Shown here: in pieces, positions 35,608 to 47,820 of the stretch | Numbering within the stretch: position 1 is the first letter of the stretch | Layout: each line of letters starts with the position of its first letter | Assembly (NCBI GenBank): GCA_951804945.1 | Contig: OX638155.1 | Span: 37,572,001-37,636,000 of the forward strand | DNA: 64,000 bases | Direction: 5' to 3' | DNA from: Podarcis cretensis | Taxonomy: Eukaryota | Position numbers and translations under genes: made by a program | Notes under the pieces: generated by a model | The model's input: the letters and a program-made list of their open reading frames with translations, nothing else | Told to the model about the DNA's origin: nothing | Database searches by the model: none

Positions 35608-38299
35608 CGTGTATTCTCATGAGCGAGCGCCCCAGACTTGTTCTCTGTGGATCTGCGAGGGCTATGTTTTATACAGTAAAACTGACTGAGCTGCGTAGAT
35701 CTCTGTGTGTGATTAATACACAGCAATTGGGACGTTGTATCTAGGTTATTTATAGTCATCTCGAGGAGGGGGGGGGGGTGTGCGCGCGCATGTAACACAC
35801 TCCAGACGTTGTTTAAAGCAAGTTATGTGTGCAACTCTGCCTGTTTCTCCACCCCTCCCCCACCCCGGTCCTCCACGTCACTAAACTTAAGCAAGCCAGA
35901 AATCAACAGGAAAGCAGAGGGCCACAAATGACTGCCACCCACCTCTCCCCGTCACTCTTGAGTGTCTTAACTCCGTGGCCCTCTTCCTCCTTTTACGACT
36001 AAAGCAAAGCAGAAGGCACAGACCGGAGGAGGGAAATGGGGATAAGCTGCTCCCCTCCCTGACCTCACCATGTTTACTTGGAAGTAAACCCCATTCATTT
36101 CAGTGACCTTTACTTCCAAGTAAGTCTGATCAGGACTGTAGCCCTCGACAAGGTGTAGCACTATTTTCAGACGATTCCTTTGCCTGGTTTGAGCTGCTTT
36201 TGCAATGCATCCAGGTCATGGATGAAGTAAAGACGTCACATTTTGCTTAAAGCAATATGCTGTAAATTGCGGGCTAGCTAGTAGCTAACTAGGACTTGAG
36301 TTCCCATTTTCTTCTGTGAGCTGTTCTCTACATGTACCTGAAAATTTGTAGAACAAAACCTCTACTTCAACAATCTTAGCAATATTTATTATTTTTTATT
36401 ATTATATTCCTCCTACTGCTGCTGCTGCCTTTCTAGATGATAGAATATCTTAAAACCAAAGTGGGGACTTTAAAAGTGGACATCTTAAAAATCCATGGGA
36501 GAATGGAATTCTAAAGGTGTGATTGTGAGTTTGGTGACTATGTGTTGGAGGAGGTTCAGGTAGACCTTAGATTCGTCCCTAACAATCCATTTTTTAATAT
36601 TTAGAAGTGATTTCTTGGTTGCTAATCTAGCATAAATTGCATTTCAGTAAATTTAGCCCTATTGGAACCAATAGGGCTAAAATAGATTAAGCCCAAATAC
36701 ACAGAATTATGTGATTTGTGGATTCAGTATGAAAGACAGCGTATATCATACCTGGATCTGAACCCTAGCAAAATGTTCCTGTTTTATGTAATGTACAACA
36801 CCCACAATACAGGGAGAGATGCCCTCCCTGGTGTCAAAGGTTTGAATTGCTGCTGTCATCAGGACATAGTATTTTGGAGAGCAAAAATATGTGAAGCCTT
36901 AATAAAAAATCTCACTCATGCAGCAGTTAAATTCCTTTGGTTGGGGGATATAGGAGGGGGGGATCGGCTGGTTTAAAATGCTGCGTGAAGATAAAATATA
37001 TCCTGGCCTCCCTACTGCCTATCGGAAGATTGCTACGTCCTTGTTCTCGAATCTCCTCCCCCGCAACACTTGCATGAAAATTTATGCATGCAATTTATTT
37101 TGTTTTCAATGTAACTCTTTCCCCTCCTGCCCTTGATACTGGGTGGGCTCTCTAGGGACTGGAAAGATGTGCTCGTGCGTTCTCCGAAGTGGAGGCAAGG
37201 GGGGCTAGAGCAGCATTCACCCGGGGACTCAGGCAAAGAGAGTCCAAGGATCGTAACTCGTTTTTTTTAAAAAAAAAACACTTTCTTTTTTTTAGTTTGC
37301 AAAAGGTGCGTGTGAGAAATCACAGGATTGGAGTTCGCAACTTTGGTGTCATGTGGATTTGCGTGAGATGTTCAGTTTTGTTGTTGGAGCTTCTCACCCA
37401 AGGCAGGAGAGTGCAAAATTAGTGCGGAATAAAGCGTGTTAAAAATAAACCTTTCCACCTAACGCCTGTGCCTACCTCGAAAGCTTACACGGGACTCTCT
37501 CTTTCCACGCCCAATACCTTGTACACACTCTGTGGGAGGGGGAGAGAGTAGTCCAGTTTTGAAAATACTGTACACTTTATCTCAAACTGAAACAGAAAAG
37601 AAAATCAGCTGCTGCGGTGGCTGGAGAATAAACATTTTAGCCCCAAAACTCCTATGAAAAGAGAAAATGGCATAATGCAAAATACTACCACATTCTCCCA
37701 AGTAAAACAGACACACGCACATGTTGCCTTGGTGCAATTTAAGTTCGTTTAACTTCTTTCCTTCTTTCTTTAGGACAAGATTTTGTTTAAGTGTCCTTCC
37801 CCCCCTCTCTCTGGAAAACAGCTCCCTCGCCTTTATTCTGATAATTTTCTGAACAGCAAAAATAAAAAATCCACTCCAGCCTCTTATTCCGAGAGAAATG
37901 CCCGCAAACTGGGAATCGATTTGAAACATTAAACTTATGATCATTTTGTGGGAGATGTGATTGGGCGGTAAAAGAGGATTGAGGACCAGGAGTAATAAAC
38001 AAATAAATAAATTTAAGGGGGAGAATGTTTTTTAAGCCATTCATATATCTCCGTACCTTTGTCTGAGCTCCATCCCACCCCAAAGGTATTTTCTGGGTTT
38101 TTTAGCCAATACGTGACCCAGGAAGAGAGGGTGTAAGTGCGTGTTTGTGTGTGTTTCTTTAAAATAAAAAGTGGCAGGTCTCATAGTGGGGGCTCTGTTT
38201 TCTGTTGAGAGGGGTTATCATACAGAAAATTGGGTAGCAAAAGTGGGAAGCAAGACATGGGTTCGGGGAGGGAGTTTGGAGATAGAAAAAAAAAATAGG

Positions 38300-40650
38300 A
38301 ATGTGGGGCGAAGTGTTCTCAGCGATTGCGCTTGTTTGGTCTGGGTGCTTTCCCCCCTTTTCCTGGCGTGCTCCTGGGTTGGGTGACTTTGTTGTGTCTG
38401 TCTGCTCAAGGTCCTCGCCCTACCCCCCTCGGTCTCCTGACTTCTGCAAGTTGTTTTTGAGTAAACGAAGCCGCTTTCTAACCCCACTTTGAAGACGCTT
38501 CGCCCCCTCCCCCTTTTCTCCCTTCAAATCGAATGTGTTAGTATAAATAAAGCCGGGGCGAGTCAGCCTGCAATTGTTATTGTGGAGTTGGGGGCTGTGG
38601 TGGGGACCGCTCGGATCCGTAATAGTATTAGGAATTGTATCGCTGCTCTCATTTTGCATATTTGCGAAAGGCTTGGGTCGCTTCCTAGGGAAATGAAAAG
38701 CACAAAACTGGGAGGAGGGTAGCGAAGGCCCCCCCCCCGATGAAGGTCACGTACTTAACCGAGAGAACAATGACTGCGGGTTGCCAACACTCCTCCTCCA
38801 CGCAAGTTTGCAAGCTGATCTTGAACTTGCATCTTCCCTTGGAAGCCACCGACACGCAGGCTGCAGACCTTCCTTAGTAAGCCCAAGGGAGATTTGACAG
38901 CACAATCCTCCCCATCTCTTCCCAGAATCTCCACTGAGTCTAATGGGATTTACTGCCAGTGCGTGTATTTCCCGCGAGTAAGCAGGTAGAGGATCGGGTC
39001 TGTACAAATCGCCAAATAACCCTGCACCGCTCCCCCCTTCCTTAGTGCAACTTTGTCCTGGGAATGGGAAGGGAGGCCATTGATTTCTCCTTGAGAATAC
39101 CTCCTCAGAGCTACTTCAAAAATTGCAACACAGAGCAAAATCACAATAATTCCCCTTATCCACACCACTGCTGAAATAGGAACGTAGTCCATCCCCCCCC
39201 CCCGGGGCTGGGATCCAGAGTTGTATTTTAATACAGGAGGGGGGGTAGCAGAACTTGGAGGTGGTATTGATTAATAACGAAAATGAACAGTGTTTCCACT
39301 ACTTCGGAAAGAAAGATCTGGACAGGGCAGGCGCCTTTTTCGAGCAGAGGCTGGGAAAAGATAGGGCTTGTTTTCTAAACGCAGCCCTTATCTTCGAGTT
39401 CGATGGAGGAATGGTGAGAGAGAGGTTTCAGATGCATCTCGCGGAGAGGGGCGCAACTCTGTTTTGGAAGAAATGGTTTTTTTAAAAGTACGTTGTTTTC
39501 GCCCCCTTCCCTTTGCACAGCCTGCCCGGAGACTTTCTGCCTGCGCTTCCCAGCTGAGCCACGGAAGAGACGCGAGCAGCGCCAGGAGGAGGCTCGCCTC
39601 GCGAGGGGAGGGCGAACTGCAAGTGGCCATGTGCTGGCAGAGAGGGCAAAGCGGGAGGCGGAGGGGCCTGGGAGGGAGGGGACCTCCCCTGAGCCGACCC
39701 CAGTAGGACCCAGCCGGGCTCCGAGCTCCCGCTCTGCTCCCCTCTCGCTGGGGTGCCCCATAGATAGGCAACGTGGAGCTGAGCCTCTCCCTTCTTGCAC
39801 ACGCACCCATTTGCAAGCAGGTGCTCAGTTGCAATGCATTTGTGGAGGGAAAGATCACAGAGGTGAACGGGGGGGGGGCGTTTTCACCTGTTATTGTTAA
39901 CAAGGTGCGACTGAGTTTTCCAGCCCCTTCGGCTACTTGCAGGTTGTTGTTTTTTAAAGCCACCCTGTTCCTTATAGCCGCATGTCTTCATCTGCCTGCC
40001 CTTGCCAGCGATGTTTTAGTATAGGGGTAATACGACTTTTTGCAGCGAGGGGAAAGCTCCTGTCTCCAGGCACGCTGCTTGGCTGAGCCGAAGTTGTGCA
40101 TTTCTGCTGGCTCAGCCCTGTCCTGCACCATTTTGCATGGGTGTGTGAAACTGGCAAGTCCCGTTTGCTTTGCAACGAGTCTGGGTTGTTGCAAGTAAAG
40201 TGCAGCCTAAATCGGACCACAAAGCCCCGACTTTGCTCTGGAGTCACTTTTCCTGCACCGCTTGCGAGGGCTGTTGGAGCAAGCGCAAGCATTGCAGCGC
40301 CCGGGACAGGGAAGGGAAGGGGCGCAACAATTAGAATTGCCGAAGGAAGGCTGCAGACAAGCCCCCCTTGCATGCTGCTGGGGGGGCGGGGAGAGGCAAT
40401 TTCTCCCTGCCACCCAAGAGACACTGTGCGGGGATGAATGAATGAGGCCGATTGCGCGCCCAGCGGACTGTGGCTTAGCAGCCTCTCTGCGAGAAGTAGT
40501 TGCGTGGGGTGTAATGCAAAAAGCAGGGAGTTGTCGTGTTGTGTCGGAGCCCTTCCGACCTTGTGCCTTGGCTCTCTGATCGTTCCTTTCTCACGTCCTC
40601 AAGGCAACCTCAGCCCCTTTACCTTGGAATCTGCCCTCCTCTCTTACGCT
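38300..40650. promoter_or_regulatory. Intronic CpG island inside the PTGR3 intron
   Basis: About 2.3 kb of CpG-dense sequence (core 39440-39800 and 40220-40560) with no credible coding exon. Confidence 0.7.
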
Positions 40651-41893
40651 CCCCTTTCAGAATGGGAAATAGGAGTTATGTAAATTTTAACTGGATGGGG
40701 ATGCCTTTGTTTTCTAAAAATGAGGTAAAAAAATGTGTTCCTTGCTACAGACGCAGACTGGATTAAATGAAGAATTAGGGAGACATACAGAAGACACAGC
40801 TCCCTCTGTGAATATGCATCTATTTCTGTATCTAGCTATCTGTATTGAACTCTGTACATTTTAATAAATGAAAGAGATTTTTCTTAGAGTTAGAAATGGC
40901 CAGTGCACTTCCTTCAGTTTTGTTGTTTCGCTGTGTGCCAGCTATTTCAAATTACCATAAATCCACAAACAGCTCTCTAGTTGCATTAAAATAATTTTTC
41001 ACATATTTTCACACTTCCACATAATTAAATGCCATAATTTGTTTATTTTTGGTTATAGAAGAGAAACAGTCACATTGCTGTTTATGACACAATCATATTT
41101 TTGTTTTCAGGTTTCTGTGGGAAGATTGGCTGCAAACCCTGTGTGCGTACAGATAACTTGTATTTCAGCATCATAAGCCACTTCACCACCCATCATTAAA
41201 TTACTTGTGCCTTTTTAATACTTATGTTCATTTTTACTCGTTAGAGGTCAATAGTGCTCAAAAGTATTGTTGCATAATTTTAGTCCTTCAAGGTTGTTTT
41301 AAGGTGTTGTGAGTAATTTGTATACAGCAAAATATTTTAATAATGTGCAAATTAGTTGCATCAAAAGGCAAATTTGTTACAGACACTCCATCCATTTTCT
41401 TTAAATTTGCCTGCAGTAACACTTATGACCATCGACCTTGGAGAGGACATTGATACTTCATGTTATCATTAGTCACTTAAATGTGTTGTTATAATCTGAA
41501 ATGTAAATTTATTGCCAGAGTCAACATATTTACTACTTTGCTCATATTTTAGTCTGCTGTATTTTTTTAATAGAAAAAAGTAGTTTTATTCCTTAGCTTA
41601 TCAAAACTCATTTCTATTGTTCTTATTTTCATGAAACAGGCAAGGGGAAAATGCTTTGCATGTACAAAATATGTCAAATTGTGTTATCGGTAAAGCTAAA
41701 ACCAGATTAAAACAACCTTTCCATTTTCATTTTGCATAGAAGGCGTTCCCCCATCCCACCCCCAACTCTTGAGATATTTGAATATGCAGCATTGAAATTT
41801 CTTACCTTGTGCATTTAAGCGAAAGGTTTTTCTTACGACGAAAAAAATGCCTTGTCAAAAAAGAGAGCCTAATACATTTTTGTTTGCTTCTAG

Positions 41894-42818
41894 ATTTGTC
41901 GGCATTAATGCATCCGATATTAACTACTCAGCTGGCCGATATGACACGTCAGTTAAGCCCCCATTTGACGTAGGTTTTGAAGGAATTGGTGAAGTGGTAG
42001 CCTTGGGCCTAAGTGCCAGCGCTAGATACACAGTGGGCCAACCAGTGGCCTACATGAGGCCTGGTGCTTTTGCTGAATATACCATTGTTCCTGCCAAAGA
42101 AGCCATCCCGGTACCCTCTGTGAAACCCGAATTTCTTACGCTACTGGTAAGTGGAACTACAGCATATATCAGCCTGAAGGAGCTTGGAGAACTGTCTGAC
42201 GGGAAGACGGTCCTGGTGACAGCCGCAGCAGGAGGAACCGGTCAGTTTGCTGTGCAACTTTCCAAGAAGGCAAAATGCCACGTAATAGGAACATGCTCCA
42301 GTGATGAAAAATCTGGCTTTCTGAAATCCATAGGCTGTGACCACCCTATCAACTACAAAACTGAAAACCTTGCTGCTGTCCTTAAGAAGGACTACCCGAA
42401 AGGTGTGGATGTGGTGTATGAATCTGTCGGCGGGCAGATGTTTGACTTGGCTGTCAGCTCTTTGGCTACCAAAGGGCGCCTGATCATTATTGGGTTTATC
42501 TCTGGCTACCAAACCCGTACTGGCCTTCAGCCTGGTCATGTGGAAATGTTGCCAGCAAAGCTGCTAAGGAAATCTGCCAGCATCCGGGGTTTCTTCTTAA
42601 ACCATTACCTTTCTGAATACCAAACGGCTATGAAACACTTGATCGAAATGTGTGAAAACAGAGAACTGGTTTGTGAGGTGGACCTTGGAGACATGTCTCC
42701 AGAGGGCAAATTCGCTGGCTTAGAGTCCGTATTCCGCGCTATAGATTATATGTACATGGGGAAAAACATTGGAAAAATTGTAGTTGAATTACCTCACTCT
42801 GTCAACAGTAAGCTGTAA
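41894..42818 (+). CDS. PTGR3: Prostaglandin reductase 3 (ZADH2) exon 2; zinc-less MDR-family NADPH oxidoreductase with C-terminal PTS1 (SKL)
   Basis: Acceptor ttttttgtttgcttctag|A completes the split Arg codon (AG+A). It then encodes [17 protein letters not shown]...GFEGIGEVV...[17 protein letters not shown]...[15 protein letters not shown]. Spliced CDS is 299+925=1224 nt (407 aa). GFE replaces the GHE zinc motif; AAAGGTG is the nucleotide-binding motif. Confidence 0.97.
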
Positions 42819-43760
42819 AAACAGAACAATGATATAAATCAAAAGAGGGAAAATGGGCACTTTATGCTTCACAATAACTATTTCTTTAAAGTTGCCAATG
42901 GGTAACATATTAAAAAATAGCATGTAGGCTTTCGTTAAAAAATATTTGTTGAATTTAAGTGGCTTTGTGTTCTTTAAAAATGCCATGTGTCGTTGGCATT
43001 GCATTAAACAGTTCTGCGTTTTTGTCTGGGAGTTTTGAGTGAACTTGTGATTAAACTTGCATTGGATTTGAATCTGGCCAACTATGAAATCTTCAGCTAC
43101 AGCTTTCCTCCAGAATTGAGTAAATAAAGGCATATTAATATTTTAAGTGAAATCAATAATATTATCGATTCTTCCTATAAAAAAGGATGGGTACAATTCA
43201 CCTGGACATTCTGCTTGAGCAATGGGAGTCAAGCAAGAGTGCTTTTCAGTAGCACAGGGCAGCATCTTAGCGGGTTGCACTTGATATAATTTAAAAATGA
43301 GAAATTATCTTTTTTCAGTTGTGTTGGTTGCAAATACAATAATAAAATGCAGATTTATGTAACTCAAGGGATATATTTTACTAGTTACAAAAGTGCCAGC
43401 TTTTGTTTTTAAATGAAAGTTTCTTTTAATTTTATATAAGGTTTTATAGTTATATTTTGAAATCTTCATGTTGTAATACCACTTTCTAACTATTCTTTTG
43501 CCTATATTAACCCATTAATTGGGTTAACTTTCGTATAATGCTACATTCTACTAATATTAAGGCAATCTTAAGAACAGCGTTAACGAAGCCCCTCACCTTA
43601 CAAGGAAATGGTGGTGACTAGATCACTTGCTTATAATGGCACCAGAGGACTGTGCTGAACTATGCAATAAGGTGAAGCCTTTGTAATAATTTATATTTCA
43701 ACCTTTGTAAGAATTTATATTGTTTTAAAGCATTAAATTCATTTTGACTATTATTAATTT
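42819..43760 (+). terminator. PTGR3: PTGR3 3' UTR with candidate polyadenylation signals AATAAA (43123, 43341) and ATTAAA (43732)
   Basis: AT-rich sequence after the TAA. Hexamers are seen directly and the ATTAAA is followed by a T-rich tract. The site actually used is unknown. Confidence 0.5.
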
Positions 43761-45019
43761 TTTTACACTATGCTTCAGTTGTCCATTTATTCTCTTCCGT
43801 TATTTTTTGTGCAATTTCAACTGCAGTCCTATGACTACTTACCATTAAGCCCCACTGACTCTCCGCTGAATGGTACCTACTGTTAAGCAGACAAGCCATG
43901 TTTCTTAGTTGGCTTCAGATTGCCTGTTGTTTTTTTGTGAGAAGGGGTTAAACTCTTTAAGATGAAGATGCAAAAGAGTGTTTCCTGTTTCCAAAGACAA
44001 TACACATGTGGAATAAACTGGCACTTTAAAATATGTAGCAGTTCTCCACTTTCAGCTATTTGCTTTTTCAGGCATTCTGGCAATCAGTGTTTAAGGACAC
44101 TAATGTTTATTGTTGAACAGATTCCCCTTTTAGGCTCATAAGCATGTTTTTTTAAATTCCTGCTGCCCTGTAGCTAAAAGCACACCCAAGTAGTAGGATT
44201 TAGGCCAGCTCGGCACCACCAATTGCAGTGGGACCTTAAGTGGCTTAAATCCAGGTATTCCAATTAAACTGGGTTTTGGACTGGGAAGTTGGAAAATTTG
44301 CTTGGTAGGTGAAACCCAAAGTATATTTTGGATCCAGCAGCTGATCACCCTATGGAAACATTCTCATTAGGATGAAGTAGTTGGCTTCCCTTTCTTTGGT
44401 GGTGAACAAAAGTGGAGACAGCTATTTGTTTCTCCGTACAGCACAACTGTGGAGAACAAAATTCAGTTTTAGACCTAAGGAGCCATCATTATAATATGCT
44501 TCAGCACATAGAGATGTGAAGTGACCAAAGCCTGTTCCCCCCCCCCCCCTGAGCACTTGAGTTTCACAATTCTGTCTCTTTGAGGAACTATAACAAAACA
44601 TCAAAATATTTACACCCCAATCATAAGTACTGTTCAAGTCATCTTGAGAGGGGTGTTTATGCCCTGAAGGCTAGTGTAAAATATCTAAATAAAAATAAGT
44701 CCCACTGATTTCATTGGGCCTTCCTTCAAAATAATTATGTTTAATATTTCAGACAGGTGGAGTGTGTTCCTTCCCAGTTGTGTGCGCACGCATCCAATTG
44801 ATTCCCATAGTGAAGAACCACATTTACCTAGAAGCATAGTTACAACATTCTATTTCATACTTTTTAAAGTAAGTAATTCTACATGATCATAAAATGGTAG
44901 TGTTGGTAGGGATCCACCAAGGATCATCTTGTCCAATCCCCATTCTGTTCTGTTTCAGTTTGTAACAATTAACATCAAATGAGTCAAAGCTGAAGAGGCA
45001 GTTTCAATATCTGCTGTAA

Positions 45020-45029
45020 ATATATATAT

Positions 45030-45071
<42 letters not shown>
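45020..45071. repeat. Compound (TA)n(CA)n(TA)n microsatellite
   Basis: Direct reading. Confidence 0.9.
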
Positions 45072-45074
<3 letters not shown>

Positions 45075-45375
45075 AAGGCCTAGTGTTGAAATTTAAATTA
45101 AATAATGTTTCTAACAAGTATGTTCAGGTTGTAGTCTTATGCCCACTTACCTTTGAATTGATCGAAACTTATTTCTATGTAGACCTAGAGAGGACTGAGT
45201 AATATCAATAGGTATGCACACCAGTGTTGACCTTAGTGAATACCTTCATGAGTGAAACACATTTACATGATTGTAGACTCACAGTGGACTGTTAAGTCCT
45301 CATTTGCTGAGGCTCCCTGGTGCATGTCCACCTCAGCATGTTTACATCCAAGTATCTCCACTTCACACTTGGTTA

Positions 45376-45737
45376 AAGGTAAAGGTAAAGGTACCCCTGT
45401 CCGTATGGGCCAGTCTTGACAGACTCTGGGGTTGTGCGCCCATCTCACTTAAGAGGCCAGGGGCCAGCGCTGTCCGGAGACACTTCCGGGTCACGTGGCC
45501 AGCGTGACATCGCTGCTCTGGCGAGCCAGAATCGCACACGGAAACGCCGTTTACCTTCCCGCTGGTAAGCGGTCCCTATTTATCTACTTGCACCCGGAGG
45601 TGCTTTCGAACTGCTAGGTTGGCAGGCGCTGGGACTGAGCAGCGGGAGCGCACCCCGCCGCAGGGATTCGAACTGCCGACCTTTCGATCGGCAAGTCCTA
45701 GGCGCTGAGGCTTTAACCCACAGCGCCACCTGCGTCC
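45376..45737 (-). mobile_element. Sauria SINE, full length
   Basis: Reverse complement is similar to the 9400 copy. (AAAGGT)n tail at the left end and a perfect 15-bp TSD cttcacacttggtta at 45361-45375 and 45738-45752. Confidence 0.93.
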
Positions 45738-47768
45738 CTTCACACTTGGTTACTTTACAGCAAATGCACATGCCCCAAAGTGTAAACTGGGAATCAGATA
45801 GTTAAACATTGGAATCAATGGGATATAAATGCTTAACTATGGGTTGCATAACCTGGATTGTGTGCTTGTTAACAACTGCATCTTATTCTCTTCAGATGTG
45901 AAACAATAGTTTCCGAGCTTACTAATTTACCCAAAGATTTTTTCACATAACATTCTTGCTGTTGCTGCTGCATTGTTGCTGTTGTTCTCTTGTTCTCTTC
46001 GCCAGGCCATTCTTCATTGAATCAAGCTAGGCGTGGTAGGGTGGCACTTTGATGTTGTGGAAAGGCTTGGTGTTTACAGGTAATTCTTAGTCCTGATGTG
46101 TGTATCCTATTGTGCCTGATAATTGGATTATTCTCTCTCACACACACACTTTTTATTAAATCCACATATCCCTGCTTTTACTTAAAATATTTATTTTTGC
46201 CTCACCATAGTATAAATTATGTTGATTCCAAGTAAGTGATGAATTTAAATAATGCAGAAGTCTTTGGCAGCAGCATAAGAAGTAGTACTTGTTATGGATA
46301 GTGGTCAGAATGAGGGTATATTAATGGTTAGATAACAAACATATATGGAGAGGAAATACTGTCAGTTCATTACAAGGGATTAACAGTGAAGACACTTGGG
46401 CCAAGATCCAGATTGCCTGGCAGTGCATGATTGAAAAGTGCTTCAGCTTGCTAGGGTAGGACTGCTGGTTTTCCTTTCCAGCTGTAGCCCATTGCACAGT
46501 TTTATCTCCTGGATTAGTATGACAGGCAGGAAGGACACCAGGGGCTGTTCTGCAACTGGTGGTCAAGAAAAGCCCTGTTGCATGCACAGAACTTTGGATC
46601 CTGGCTTTGACTGTTTTATAAAAAGATACTTTAAAAACTCTTTACAGAGTTAATCCTTAAATGAATGCAAATATTCATTCAGATTGAATACCAATAATAG
46701 TATAATACCAGTTATAAAGCGTCTAGGAAATGTCTTGTATATTCTATATAGAGAATTGGCTTTTTAAGAAAATAACTCATGGAGGCTGCAAACCTCCACA
46801 TGCTTGGAAGTAAGTCACATTGAACTAAATGGAAATTAATTCTGAGGAGCTACACCTAGGATAGCACTGCATATTGCACCTCCCCCCCCCCAACTTTTAA
46901 TTTAACCTTTCCACTCAAATTTGCTTGCTGTGGAAAAAGTTGGATGTTTGCAGACAGCAGCAACTTGAGTTTTTCTACATATAGCAAACACAGACAAGGA
47001 AAATGTGTCAAGAAAGGCCAAACTTGTAATGTTGTCGTAGTTGTTTTTTAGATACACATATATATTCTCCACCAAATATATTCACTTGCAGTATTCTGCA
47101 CATTTTACCCTGTACATTTTTTATTGAACTATTGCACTGAAGTATTTTAATACCTTTTAAAATTAAATCATATTTCAATAACATTATAATGTTAATTTTT
47201 TTGTGGGGGAGGAGAAGCCAATTGCTGAGTATAATTGCCATGCTGTGCAAATACAGATAATTGCAGCTGCTAAGGGAAAAGTTTGCGGCAGTATTCAGAA
47301 ATGTTATTTGTTTGTTTGTTTGCTTTTCTTCAGTCTGAGCTANNNNNNNNNNNNNNNNNNNNNNNNNNNNNNNNNNNNNNNNNNNNNNNNNNNNNNNNNN
47401 NNNNNNNNNNNNNNNNNNNNNNNNNNNNNNNNNNNNNNNNNNNNNNNNNNNNNNNNNNNNNNNNNNNNNNNNNNNNNNNNNNNNNNNNNNNNNNNNNNNN
47501 NNNNNNNNNNNNNNNNNNNNNNNNNNNNNNNNNNNNNNNNNNNNNNNNNNNNNNNNNNNNNNNNNNNNNNNNNNNNNNNNNNNNNNNNNNNNNNNNNNNN
47601 NNNNNNNNNNNNNNNNNNNNNNNNNNNNNNNNNNATGCGAAGCTCTTTGTGTCCTCATTATAGCAAAGGGTTACTGGTGCAGTGTACAAAAAAATCTAGT
47701 CCAATGTGATGGTTAGTTATTAATCTGTCCATTTCAGATCTAACAGCTGTAGAAGAGCAGGCAGTCTT

Positions 47769-47771
<3 letters not shown>

Positions 47772-47803
<32 letters not shown>

Positions 47804-47820
47804 AGAGAGAAAGAGAGAGA
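47772..47820. repeat. Compound (CA)n(GA)n microsatellite
   Basis: Direct reading. Confidence 0.9.

Larger units (their letters stand above)
34780..41893 (+). other. PTGR3: PTGR3 single intron (7114 nt, GT-AG, phase 2)
   Basis: Donor gtgaga at 34780 and a polypyrimidine tract plus AG at 41892-41893. The frame is preserved across the junction. Confidence 0.93.

Noticed and set aside
39255-40766. Cluster of overlapping ORFs on both strands
   Set aside because: Expected in a CpG island. No homology recognised and no consistent exon structure.
41847-41893. ATG-initiated N-terminal extension [16 protein letters not shown] of the 323-aa ORF
   Set aside because: It is intron sequence (branch region and polypyrimidine tract). 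The real frame joins exon 1 at the AG at 41892-41893.
42141-42539. 132-aa antisense ORF inside PTGR3 exon 2
   Set aside because: Shadow ORF of a coding exon.
42810-42830. Possible stop-codon readthrough after SKL
   Set aside because: The stop is TAA-A, not the leaky TGA-CTAG context, and readthrough would mask PTS1.
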